Shown in pieces: positions 1 to 12,854 of a DNA stretch of 64,000 nucleotides. The stretch comes from Octopus sinensis (taxonomy: Eukaryota): positions 141,546,001 to 141,610,000 of the forward strand of contig NC_043000.1 of assembly GCF_006345805.1 (NCBI RefSeq), read 5' to 3'. The number at the start of each line of letters is the position of its first letter. Within the stretch, counting starts at the first letter, position 1. The notes below the pieces were generated by a model. That model did no database searches and was not told the origin of the DNA. It saw nothing but the letters and a program-made list of their open reading frames with translations. The position numbers and the translations under genes were made by a program.

Positions 1-1130
1 TTGTCACAACATCCGATCCGTTATGTTTGTGAAAAACAGTTATCTTTTTATGTTTTAAACTATCAGTGGTTGTTTGTTTACTTGCTATATATCCACTTCG
101 ATGACTAGGTTTTCTCTGAGGGTTCTGATGCTTGACTTTGAATGATATCGTCTTTATCTTCGCGTTTTCTTTTATGATTTTTATGATTTTTGCATTTAGA
201 AAGTGTCTGGCTTTTTTCGTTACAAGCTATTTTGTTTATAATCCTGTTTTATTATACGTTACTGGTTTTAGAAATGTGTTTATTGCCTTACTTGCTTTAT
301 CTACATTTAATTCTTCAGATTTACATTTTCGATGTTATAAGTGATAGCCAACTGATAACAATTTGTTTGTTTGACAAGGTTTAGTCTTTCTAACGTTGTT
401 GTATAGCAATGTAGTAACTGTTGCATTTCAATGACCATTGAGATCGTTTGATTGTGCATATCATTCTTTGGAACTGTAGTTATGGCTGTTTTCTTATAAG
501 TTGCACATTTCGTGACTTAAAAGTTGGTGAAAATATCTGGAATATAGATTCTATTGATTGTATTTTTCCTCTTTTCAGTACATGATAGATCTAACTGAGG
601 TATTTACCTCTCGTAATAATGCCCTTGCGTACTTTTTTGTTAATACATGTGTCCGAATAACGTTAGATATTATTTTGATACGTGTATGTTTCTAGTTTCG
701 TTTTTCCTTTATATTATAAATTTGTGAAACGTTACTTTTAGTTGCGGGAAATACGCGAAACTTGTTCTCATTTATCAAGTACAAGGTTAGTTTCCTTGTA
801 ATTGCTCTAAAGAAAAAAAGAAAAGAAAACAACATGCAGGCGATTTATGTTTTACAAATATAGTCTACAACCTTCCACTTATCTTAACCTTACACAAAAA
901 AATCAAAACTATTTGAAGCTTTCTGACGCATGCAGATTTTTTGTTTCGGCAATTTCCAAACTGAATCACTCTGATTCATGACAGCAAACGTCCCCACCCC
1001 ACCCCAATGATGCACTTAGTTTACCTATATTTCTCTTGCTTGTAGCTATGCACTTCGCTTCTTTTACAAACAAACACTTAACACGTTTTTATGCTAACTT
1101 TATCAGCATGCGCAATGTAATTAATCAAAT

Positions 1131-1508
1131 AGGTGCAGGAGTGGCTGTGTAGTAAGTAGCTTGCTTACCAACCACGTGGCACCTTGGGCAAGTGTCTTCT
1201 ACTATAGCCTCGGGCCGATCAAATCCGTGTGAGTGGATTTGGTAGACAGAATCTGAAAGAAAGCCGTCGTATATATGTATATGAGTGTGTGTGTTTGTGT
1301 GTCTGTGTTTGTCCCCCTCAACATCACTTGACAAACGATGCTGGTGTGTTTAAGTCCCCGTAACTTAGCGGTTCGGCAAAAAGACACCGATAGAGTAAGT
1401 ACTAGGCTTACAAAGAATAAGTCCTGGGGTCGATTTGCTCGACTAAAGGCGGTGCTCCAGCATGGTCGCAGTCAAATGACTGAAACAAGTAAAAGAGTAA
1501 AAGAGTAA
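1131..1508 (+). mobile_element. tRNA-derived SINE, family A (internal microsatellite); this copy lacks the B-box segment
   Basis: Head AGGTGCAGGAGTGGCTGTG..., body CCTTGGGCAAGTGTCTTCT...GAAAGAAGCCCGTCG, 3' part ...GGCGGTGCTCCAGCATGG...GAAACAAGTAAAAGAG. Matches copies at 11.5, 12.6, 43.0 and 62.4 kb. Possible TSD AATCAAAT on both sides. Confidence 0.9.
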
Positions 1509-2124
1509 ATCAAATGACTATAAATTCAGACTTGAAACATAATAAAATGCAGCGAATAATAACGATGTGATAATACCTAGAAATAAAGCAGGAGAATATT
1601 AAAATGTATTAGAATATATAATACTTATCGAAAATATATAATTTTATATAAAACGCTATTTCTGGTAGTCACATGTAAAAATGTTTACAGCAAATTTCAA
1701 TATTTGAACATATGCGTAATATGATTTGCATTGAAAACTTTGATGTACTTGTCTTAAACAATTCCTAGTTTTATTGAGGTACATATTAATATCCCTCTAA
1801 AGCTTGCTCTAGACTAAATTTTAACAATTTTCTCCAATGTGAAAAAGGGAAAAATCATTGAATTCTACAATAATGCCTTCTCTATATTTTAGTCACGATA
1901 TTTCAATGACCTGTACGTTTGTCTTATGTAAACAATGGGGCTTCAATGAAGCCGGCAGCGTTCATCTCGTCCGAAAGGCATCTTACAAAGATGTACGTAA
2001 TTATATACAAAAGTTGGCAAGAAACATATGGCCATGACTAGAGTTTTAGTTTCAGTCAGGCATTTTGTCTGCGTAAGACATTTGTTATAGGCATTTCAAT
2101 ATATGTATATGCATATCTGTCTGC

Positions 2125-2760
<636 letters not shown>

Positions 2761-3049
2761 TGTCGTCACTTTCTTCTGCGGAATTCTAAACAATTTCTCG
2801 TATTTATAAATGTTTGTTTATATTGAATGTTTGTCAACAGTCTTCGTCAGCTTTCGTGTGATTGAATCGATCCTTTGAAAATCCCCGCCCTGTGGGTGTA
2901 TTTTGTTTTTTTTAAATTTCATTAAAATGTTTGTTTTTCAATCTATCCTGAAAAATGGCTAACTTGTCTAACGCTTGTAGCGTTCCTTCTTTTTTCATAG
3001 ACGTTAATTTCACTGCATTGCCTAACATTGCACACACAGATACACACAA

Positions 3050-3110
<61 letters not shown>

Positions 3111-3284
3111 TACACAGTTGAACAACGTCCACACCTAGCGACAATAACGTTCCAAGCAAGTAGGAAAGGAAATAAGAAAAATGAACAAAGGTCTACTGTC
3201 ACCACCGCTCCCATCACCACTGTCTTTACAACTGCCACCAACACCATCACCACCACCATGTTTAGGGCCCATATGGACACATAA

Positions 3285-3569
3285 AATATACACTACAAGG
3301 AGCAGTCTGTCGAAGTCAGGTTCGACTCAGCAGAGCAAAAAATAGTCTTTTCTACAGAATCACTTGAGTCTGAGGAAATACTAACGATTCCTATGTACTT
3401 AGAGCGTAGGGTCACAAAAATAAAAGCAAAAGATGTGCCCCCTGAAATTGAAACACAATGGATGGTGTCAGCCATCTGTTACAATTTTGAAGAAGTCATC
3501 AACATCTTGGAAATTGCCGTCCTAGATCAACAGAACTGGATAAGCCAAGCTTTCGAAATCTTAATTTAA
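3285..3569 (+). pseudogene. Stop-to-stop open frame, possibly a LINE ORF1-like relic (NIHYKEQSVEVRFDSAEQKIVFSTESLESEEILTIPMYLERRVTKIKAKDVPPEIETQWMVSAICYNF...)
   Basis: 94 open codons of non-repetitive, protein-like sequence. The KIKAKDVPPEI..W segment loosely recalls RRM-type LINE ORF1. No family could be assigned. Confidence 0.3.
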
Positions 3570-5071
3570 GGAAATCAAGAGACGATCGAAAACATACCAG
3601 ATTTGATAAACTTGCTAGACGGTACCAATTTACATATCACCGTTGAGGGCAGAAAATCATGCTGGTGCTTCTGAGGCAGCAAAAATCACTTAAAAATTGG
3701 TTATCCAATATACAAGGAGCAACAGCAGCAACAACAATAACAGCAAAAATAAAAACAACCACAACAAGAAAATCAAAAACAAAACCAAAAAACCAGCACA
3801 GCTACCCACACCACCATATGCACAGCTGATAAAGCAGTTCTACCAAGAAATGAAAGAGCATCAGCAACCAACAAGCCAGCCCAACCAAACGACACCACCA
3901 TCACCGCCACCAATATTCACTTAGTCGGCATTGATATAATATGGCATCAAATTATTATATTTTGTTTAACATTTGAAATATTTACGTTGTTGAGTCTTGT
4001 TCCTTGTACAAGGAATAATATTTAGAATATAGAATACTCGTGTATTCTGGTACATTACGCATTTAAAATGTAATGGAATTCGAGTATTTTCTTAGATAAC
4101 AGTTTTGTTTATCTATCTAGATTTATATTTAAAAAGAAACATTTATAAATGATGAATACTTCTATGAAATCGCACGACGTTTACTAAATGAATAAAAGTG
4201 CTTCGTTATAGGAACTGAAATTTTAATGCAAAATTTTGAGTATAACGGACTCAGACGCATTCTCCTGTGTAGCCTAGAGCTTAAAACTGTCCCAAATTCC
4301 CATGTTAGGTATGTGTGGATCGACATAGATATATGCATGAATATATTAATATATATTCATAAATAATGAAACATATACATACATAGAAAGTATTATAAAT
4401 ATATATATGTGCATAATTATGTGTGTATGTATGTGTAAGAGAAAGTCTGGTGTACTTTGAATACTGATAAGTTTAAACATGTCCAAACACACATGAATTA
4501 TTGATTTATGTGTATACAATTACAGAAAAGAATATCACCATTGCTAAACACATATCTATTAAAATACAAAGATACACACACATGAATATAAAATTTATAT
4601 ATACATGTGTGTGTGTGTGCGTATGTGAATATGTATAGATCCGATCACCCACATACATATACATGCACCCACCCATGTCTATTCATATTTAAATATATAT
4701 AATTTCAATTTCGTATGAAATCTACTAGTTCATAGAGGATGAAAATAAATATACGACTTATAGAGATAATCGACGAATAAATAAAATATATAATTCCACT
4801 TTTATAGATAATATGGACTCTGAATTATGTATATCTAAGCGAAACGTCTGAAAAAATACATGAATATATGTAAGCAAACCATACCCACATGTGTCAATAA
4901 ATGTTGACGACGGCAGTGTATTTTAATATGTACATTATGTGATGTCCCTTATATATATATATTATTTCAATTATTTTGTTTGCTCCGGTATACCTCATAA
5001 CAAATTCAACTTAATCATCAACATTTATTCCATATTAATATTAAGTAGCAATTAAAGACGTAATGGTTTAG

Positions 5072-5114
<43 letters not shown>

Positions 5115-5150
5115 CTATCATGAAACACACCGGAACTTCCACAAGCTTAC

Positions 5151-5190
5151 CTTCAGCAGACAGTCTTACGATATCACCCCCAATCTCTTC
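5151..5190 (-). CDS. Candidate 40-nt exon (EEIGGDIVRLSAE+g), unknown gene
   Basis: Acceptor ...ATCTTATAAG and donor AAG|GTAAGC; one open frame. Confidence 0.3.
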
Positions 5191-5313
5191 CTTATAAGAT
5201 TTATAAATATATACTCAACAAAATGTATTCAGCTTAATGTGAAATTATTTCCATATATACATGTATATAGTTTATACATACATATTTATATACAAATATA
5301 TACATACATATAT

Positions 5314-5356
<43 letters not shown>

Positions 5357-6034
5357 CCACAAGCAATACCTTACCAAAACACAGGGGTTAAATTTTCTAA
5401 ATAATAATTAAAGAACATCAAGAACATTTTATTCCTAATTATAAATTTATGTACAAAAATTCCCCTGACCAAAAGCTGACACGCCTAAATAAACAAACTT
5501 AATGACAAACTTTTATATGCGTGACTGAACTTTGAATAAGATCCTCAACTTTCCCAAAACAAACAGCTTTAATCTTCACAACAGTGTTCAGATCGCATTA
5601 ACAACAACAAAATCTAGTTAAAAATCTGCTGACAAACTAATATTTTCACATACCTACATTCTTTTGTTGAAGTCTAAGAAATAACCCAAGGGACTGTAGC
5701 TGACACACCTATAAAGATAAAATGGATTGGGAAGTTTTACACACATGAATGAACTTTGGACTATAGCATAACTTCAATTTTCATCCAAGTACAAACTATG
5801 ATATCTCCATGCATATATGTATGTAAATTTTATGTATCAAGGCCAATCATATTCCTTTCTGTATTTACATCATTATCTTCTCACCTGAATTCCTCTTATC
5901 GACACTTTTTTCCCCGCAGACTTAATCTTTGGAGTTCAAACCCTTTTAGGACTAATACGTGTTTTCAGTATTGAGCATCTCTGGATCTCACTTATTTACA
6001 CTCTCTAACCCTCTCTCTCCCTCGTATATATATA

Positions 6035-6063
<29 letters not shown>

Positions 6064-6067
<4 letters not shown>

Positions 6068-6341
6068 ACATAAGGGACATCAGCCATCTGAATGTGGCTA
6101 GGACAGGGCAGGGCGGTGGGGGTGTTACTGATGCATTTAGCCCAGGCGATCATCAACGTCACTAGGAGGGCTGACACCATCACGGTGTCTGCCCTCCTGG
6201 TGACGTTGATGATCGCCTGGGGCTAAATGCATCAGTAACACCCCCACCGCCCTGCCCTGTCCCTAGCCACATTCAGATGGCTGATGTCCCTTATGTTATA
6301 GAGCAGTTACTGTTTATATCTCGTTTAGAGAATTATTATAG

Positions 6342-6342
<1 letters not shown>
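6064..6342. mobile_element. Fold-back element: about 115-bp inverted arms (6064-6178 / 6184-6300) plus a 42-bp unpaired tail, between (TA)n tracts
   Basis: Arms near-perfectly complementary around the spacer ATCAC. The tail GAGCAGTTACTGTTTA... is shared with the element at 22309-22480. Confidence 0.85.
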
Positions 6343-6395
<53 letters not shown>

Positions 6396-6599
6396 TATGT
6401 ATAATATATATATATATATGTATAATATATATATATATATATATAATTGTATACACTCAGGATCATGTGCGACAATGTAACAAGAACTTTGTTCCCAACC
6501 ACACACCTCCAGATTCTGCGTGACTGCGAGGAAACTTGGGCAAGCGTCTTGTACTATTCTATTATGTCACCGTACGTCCCAAATGTTGTGAATGGATCT

Positions 6600-6772
6600 G
6601 ATTGATATAAAAAGAGAAAGAATTCTCTCCTTGTTTTTTCTATGTACCTTTCTGTAGAAGAGCGTAGGCTCGAAATGTAAAGACTTTTTCTATTCCTGAG
6701 CGCTATACTAATGCATCTCTTTGTTTTGTACACCACCTGTCTTCGTCTTTTGTTTATTTTCGTAAACTTTCC

Positions 6773-6778
<6 letters not shown>
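6600..6778 (+). mobile_element. PLE 3'-terminal repeat fragment, homologous to 49341-49510 on the minus strand
   Basis: Aligns by eye with the 3' end of the GIY-YIG PLE at 49.3 kb, contains an HHR-like motif and ends in (TA)n. Confidence 0.75.
6648..6682 (+). ncRNA. Degenerate or variant minimal type I hammerhead motif
   Basis: CTTT-CTGTAGA-A-GAGC-GTAG-GCTC-GAAAT-GT-AAAG. Stem II is perfect; the core has T at position 6. Confidence 0.5.
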
Positions 6779-6803
<25 letters not shown>

Positions 6804-6809
<6 letters not shown>

Positions 6810-7006
6810 ATCCAAACATGAACAAAGAGAAAACACAACAATGCGAGGACGTGGAAGAACTATAGTGTTATTGGACACTCAGGAAAAAAACAAAGAAAGA
6901 GGACTTAGCGTCTCGAGCCGAGCTCTTCGTGAGAAATATAGATAAAGAAAAAGTTCAAGGAAGGGAAGACGGAGAAAGTGAATCGCCAACGATACACACG
7001 CGGTCA
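6804..7006 (-). mobile_element. Second PLE-type terminal repeat family with a degenerate HHR (6903-6936)
   Basis: Homologous to 58045-58255 and 19866-19945. Motif CTCACGA-A-GAGC-TCG-GCTC-GAGAC-GCT. The 3' end abuts (TA)n. Confidence 0.65.
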
Positions 7007-7065
7007 CACACACATACATATATATATTATATATAAATGTGAGTATGTATGTATATATATGTATG

Positions 7066-7143
<78 letters not shown>

Positions 7144-7353
7144 GTTCTTAATTCTTTCTTTTCGGTCTATCGACTGCGGCCATCCTGGGGCAAATAGCCA
7201 AATGTTTATCAACAGATTTTTATCGATTCCAGTGCTATGTAGACCTATATCTTATCAAAGGTCAGAATACCCTTTGGTATTTCTTCGAGGCTTCGATGCA
7301 TAAACATATATCTAAATGTCATGCGCCCCAACTACATAAGTACGAGATTATCT

Positions 7354-7390
<37 letters not shown>

Positions 7391-7544
7391 TGAAAATCTC
7401 AGGCACACATGAACATGCATCTTTGCAATACAGAAATCCAGAAATCTCAAGATTTTTTGCTGACATAGACATACGAAATTTGCAAATTTCTCAGCGCGGG
7501 TGCTTTGCATTGCATTCTGCGTAGGAAGAGAATACAGTAATTAC

Positions 7545-7579
7545 TAATAGAAAAAAGATAAGTATATATATATATATAT

Positions 7580-7615
<36 letters not shown>

Positions 7616-7683
7616 AAATATATATATATAGATATATATATTATATATTATATATATATATATATGTATATATATATGTATAA

Positions 7684-7715
<32 letters not shown>

Positions 7716-7730
7716 GTGTATATATATATA

Positions 7731-7762
<32 letters not shown>

Positions 7763-7880
7763 ATATATATACGTACATATATATGTATATATGTATATAT
7801 ATATGTATGTACGTGTATATATATGTGTGTGTACGTATGTATATATGTATGTTTGTTTGCATGTATGTATGCACGTATGT
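7545..7880. repeat. Degenerate (TA)n/(TATG)n microsatellite
   Basis: Directly visible. Confidence 0.95.
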
Positions 7881-8259
7881 ATGTATGTATGTATGTGTGC
7901 TCAAGCACGTGAATCTGTGAGTGTTAACTTTCTTATTATAATGCATTTTCTCTTAGGAGTAACTCACATAGCAGGTGTGATAATACTTATATCTATGTTG
8001 TGTATATTTGCATCATATATAACCAAAGCAATGATATACATTTATGTATTTTTCTTGCATGCGCTATGTGTAGGTGTGTACGAATATATATGTGCCTATA
8101 ACTCTTTCACTGTATGTATGTATTGCATGCGCGATTTTGTATGAAATATGTGTGTATCTGTCTGATATAACACAATGCAAATGAAAATTAAATTAAAATT
8201 TCGCAAGCCAACCAAACAGGTTTTACCTTAATATACTAACTTAGTATATTAACGTTGAT

Positions 8260-8303
8260 GGTGACGATGATGTTGATGACGAGGAAGACGATGACGATGA
8301 CAG

Positions 8304-8339
<36 letters not shown>

Positions 8340-8712
8340 GGATGATGATGACAACGACGATGACGACGACGATGATAACAATATTTTTCATTCCCCACTG
8401 CGACTACGAATGCAAAAATTAATCTTCTAAATTTAATTTAACTTCATCGAACTGAAGTATTTATATGCCAACCGCTTTTGCCTGGTAATCGTCGGGATTA
8501 AAATAGGAAATAGAAAGAAAACTAAACAGGAAAAGAATAAGATGCGAACAGTTGAATGAAAAAAAAATATATATTAAGAAATCATATTAATAACTATTTT
8601 AATAATGTTGATGATGATGACCATGATAATTATGATGATGATGATGGGGATGATGATGATTATGATGATGATGATGATGATGATGATGATAATAATAATA
8701 ATTATGATAATG

Positions 8713-8753
<41 letters not shown>

Positions 8754-8775
8754 TGGGATGGTGGTGACGATGATG
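8260..8775. repeat. (GAT/GAC)n and (AAT)n trinucleotide tracts at 8260-8380 and 8605-8775
   Basis: Directly visible; they explain the poly-D/N/I ORFs. Confidence 0.95.
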
Positions 8776-9438
8776 CGCAAATACTAATTAGATTTGAAGT
8801 AATTATTGGTTTCATTCTATAAATCATTTATCAAGATAGTTGAATGAACAGTCATAATCGGGAGATTTGCGAATTTTCACTTCGCAACTCTACCTCCATA
8901 CTGTCACATATTCACTTCCTCTATTTTGTTTTGCATTTCCATATATTCGCCCATAGTCTCATGCTTTAACTCGCCCACTTTATATCTCATTTTCACCACC
9001 GATCGTATAATCGTTGCACACACTTTTGCACTTTATTTATTTATTTTTTCATTTGGTTTCCTTGGTTTTCGAATTCGCGTGTAACAGAATAGTAACTATA
9101 CAAAACAACGAAAATACTTTTATGCAGTCACATGCTATTTCTATTGCTTCATCACCACCAACGGCCACCTATTCGACAAACAACTTTCAAAATACGGATG
9201 CTATACACATTGAAATTACAATATGCACATATAAGTCTGTATCTCAATTTGAACTGGAATATATAAGAATATATATACGGATATTATAACAGTATAACGC
9301 TAATGAAAATTTAATATACCAAAGATAAATCGTATGTTTCTACACAAAAGGTAGAAAATCCATGGCTAAAAGTCAGAATAAAATTCCTTTTCCTACATGC
9401 TACAAATATTCTTAAATTGCAAACAAGAATAATGGACA

Positions 9439-9477
<39 letters not shown>

Positions 9478-9481
9478 ATTA

Positions 9482-9544
<63 letters not shown>

Positions 9545-9556
9545 TATTATTATTTA

Positions 9557-9613
<57 letters not shown>

Positions 9614-9632
9614 TATTATTATTATTATTATT
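9439..9632. repeat. (TTA)n microsatellite
   Basis: Directly visible. Confidence 0.95.
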
Positions 9633-10054
9633 TTACATTTTCACGTCAGTTTTGAAATTTTGAGTTTCGTTATTGCTATTTAACTACAAATTGGATTTAT
9701 TCGATATATATATATATATATATGTGTATATATATATTTCCCCCCTTTCTGGTTAAACGACCCTCTCTGTTTGTTTTCGTTCGGTTTCCTCGTATTCTTC
9801 CACTGCCCTGCTTTTGTTCCCAACTTTGACCCTCCATAAAGCAAAAAAATTATTTTGCTATTTATGGGAGCAACTGATTTCGAAAACGCATATTGTCATT
9901 GAATGATCGAAATGAGGAGTACATAGACAGCCGACAACTGATGAAGGGTCGTTCTTTGTGTTACGTGTCCTGTTTTCCACTTTTTTCTCTCGTAGTTGGC
10001 GTATTTAGCTCTTTTCTTATCGTACTTCAGGTGTTTTACAGTTGGTGACGTACT

Positions 10055-10143
<89 letters not shown>

Positions 10144-10229
10144 TCATTTTCTTTCATTCATCTTATCTAGTTTGAGCTCACGAGCTGTGGCCATGCTGGG
10201 GCACCGCCATTCGATATTAAAAATTAGCG

Positions 10230-10278
10230 TTCCCATGCCGGGAATCGAACCCGGGCCGCCTGGGTGAAAGCCAGGAAT
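10230..10278 (-). pseudogene. 5'-truncated tRNA-Glu(TTC) fragment (anticodon arm to 3' end)
   Basis: Minus strand reads ATT CCTGG CT TTC AC CCAGG CGG CCCGG GTTCGATT CCCGG CATGGGAA. This matches the metazoan tRNA-Glu 3' half with intact anticodon and T stems. The 5' acceptor strand and D arm are absent. Confidence 0.85.
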
Positions 10279-10603
10279 ATTAATAATATATTATTATTAA
10301 TATTAGGAAATCAATATTAAAATTCCTCAGAAAGATATACACGTATGAAAAATAATTGTTGCATTAAAAATATATAAATAAATAAAAAATATAAATATGT
10401 ATAAAAATATATGTAAATATGTATAAGTATAGATATATAATGTATATGACAGTTTAAAAGTTTTGAATTAAGTATTTAAAGCATCTTATGATCGTTTCAC
10501 AGAAGTGTTGTCCCTATAATGAAATCCTATATTGATAAGCATTTATAGACAACTCTTTTGCTCTTCAGAAATATAAAATTTGAATTCTGTATAACATATA
10601 TAT

Positions 10604-10642
<39 letters not shown>

Positions 10643-10736
10643 CAATGATTAATGGTAAAATCAATTAATTATTAATTAATTTCACCGAGTAATGTTCAGT
10701 ATATAAAAGGACCATTCAAGGCGTATTCAAAATATT

Positions 10737-11110
10737 ACGTTATATAATTAGGGCTCAGTAAAATAATTTACTTTGCCACATACTGAAATGTTTAGAAATA
10801 GCAGCCAAAAAGTTTTTTTAGCCATTTCTACTACTTTAAGAAGTGTCTCTCAGATAGTGTTTACTCAAAAATAATTCACGTAGATATGGAGTGAAAACAC
10901 CAAAATATCACATGTACAAAAGATTATTTTGTACATGTGATACTTTGGTGTTTTCCCTCCATATCTACGTGAATTTTGTTTGAGTAAACACTATCTGAAA
11001 GACTCTTCTTAAAGTAGTAGAAATGGCTAAAAAAACTCTTTGGCTGCTATTTCTAAAAATTTCAGTATGTGGCAAAGTAAATATTTTACTGAGCCCTAAT
11101 TATATAACGT
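10737..11110. repeat. Long imperfect inverted repeat (about 185-bp arms, 5-nt spacer GATTA at 10922-10926)
   Basis: ACGTTATATAATTAGGGCTCAG... / ...CTGAGCCCTAATTATATAACGT, with scattered mismatches. The right arm runs into (TA)n. Confidence 0.9.
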
Positions 11111-11222
<112 letters not shown>

Positions 11223-11508
11223 AAGGATTTACAGTACTGAAATGTGCACTAACTTAAGACTATTGGGATATGATAATTCAATGGTAGCACAGTTAAGCTA
11301 TGTTTCGGTCCACCAGTATGTTTTTTTCTTCTATTTCACCCTGGATTCTGTTATGAAGAAATCGATTGACTCCAAGAGATAATTTAACCTAGCGAATTAG
11401 GCATTGCTTTCATGTACCTGATAAATCTTGTAGATGTGGACTTTCCTAATGAGATAGCACAAATTGAAATAGCAGTAATAAACTGAGGATAATTATCTAT
11501 CCTGAGAC

Positions 11509-11914
11509 AGGAGTGGCTGTGTGGTATGTAGCTTGTTTACCAACCACATGGTTCTGGGTTCAGTCCCAATGCGTGGCACCTTGGGCAAGTGTCTTCTACT
11601 ATAGCCTCGGGCCGACCAAAGCCTTGTGAGTGGATTTGGTAGACGGAAACTGAAAGAAGCCCGTCGTATATATGTATATATATATATATACGTGTGTTTG
11701 TTTGTGTGTCTGTGTTTGTCCCCCTAGCATTGCTTGACAACTGATGCTGGTGTGTTAATGTCCCCGTTACTTAGCGGTTCGGCAAAAGAGACCGATAGAA
11801 TAAGTACTGGGCTTACAAAATAATAAGTCCCGGGGTCGAGTTGCTCGATTAAAGGCGGTGCTCCAGCATGGCCGCAGTCAAATGACTGAAACACTTAACA
11901 GAGTAAAAGAGAGT
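11509..11914 (+). mobile_element. SINE family A, near full length
   Basis: A-box-like TGGCTGTGTGG, B-box-like GGTTCAGTCCC, internal TA/TG tract and the conserved 3' part. Confidence 0.92.
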
Positions 11915-12592
11915 ATGCTGATAATTAGCAGGAAATATACCAAAGCCATATGGACAGCTTAACTTAGATGTAACTTGCAAAAGCGTATAATTTTGCAGGT
12001 TGTACCACGATTTCGCAAGTAACTTAAGGTGCCTATGCAGTGGCGAGCAGACTTTAAGATGTCGTCTTTGCACACTTGACCTATCGGAATATCATGGATT
12101 TGAGAACTGTGGAAAAAGACAGGATTGGAATTCGTTATGAGCTGACTACATTAGAGCTAAGTGAAAAGAATTGTTTTGCTCAAGAACACAATGCGCCTAC
12201 CTGACTCAGGGCTCAAACCCACGACCATAAAATTGAGAGCGCAAACACTTTGTCGACTGTTCGTAGACTGCACCTTCAGATACAACGAAATAACTTGCAG
12301 ATACACATATCGTGACATACTGAAGATGGGTATGATGTTGAATGGGGTGTCTATTACAGATTTGGGAAAGCAACTGGAATTTTAGAGAAATTTTACCAAA
12401 TTTGGTTAATGTCTTATGCTGAAATTGCAAACAAAATCTTATTTCACAAAACTATCTTTGATACCTCTATAAGAGTAAGAACTAGAAAGTCACAATTAAA
12501 ATATAGACGCTAAACGTGTTCCATGACAGTTATTTGTGAAGAAACTCTCAGATGGCACACTGTGATAATGAAACATTCAGCCATTGAACAGT

Positions 12593-12810
12593 TCTCTTTC
12601 TCTTTTCTCTTTCTCTTTTACTTGTTTCAATCATTTGACTGCGGCCATGCTGGAGCACCGCCTTTAGTCGAGCAAATCGACCCCGGGACTTATTCTTTGT
12701 AAGCCCAGTACTTATTCTATCGGTCTCTTTTGCCGAACCGCTAAGTGACGGGGACGTAAACACACCAGCATCGGTCGTCAAGCAATGCTAGAGGGACAAA
12801 CACAGACACA

Positions 12811-12854
<44 letters not shown>

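Noticed and set aside
1-720. Possible degenerate LINE ORF on the minus strand
   Set aside because: Only strand-biased composition was seen; no diagnostic RT or endonuclease motif was recognised.
6205-6240. Hammerhead in the 6.06-kb fold-back (TTGATGA...TAAATGCATC)
   Set aside because: The homologous copy at 22.3 kb also has TAAA rather than GAAA, and stem I is absent.
9830-9970. Hairpin CTCCATAAAGCAAAA...TTTTGCTATTTATGGGAG and a CTGATGA motif
   Set aside because: There is no downstream GAAA or stem II; it may be a TE terminus but cannot be assigned.
10993-11030. Hammerhead in the 10.7-11.1 kb palindrome (CTGAAAGA...GAAATGG)
   Set aside because: The core spacing is wrong and stems I and II do not close properly.
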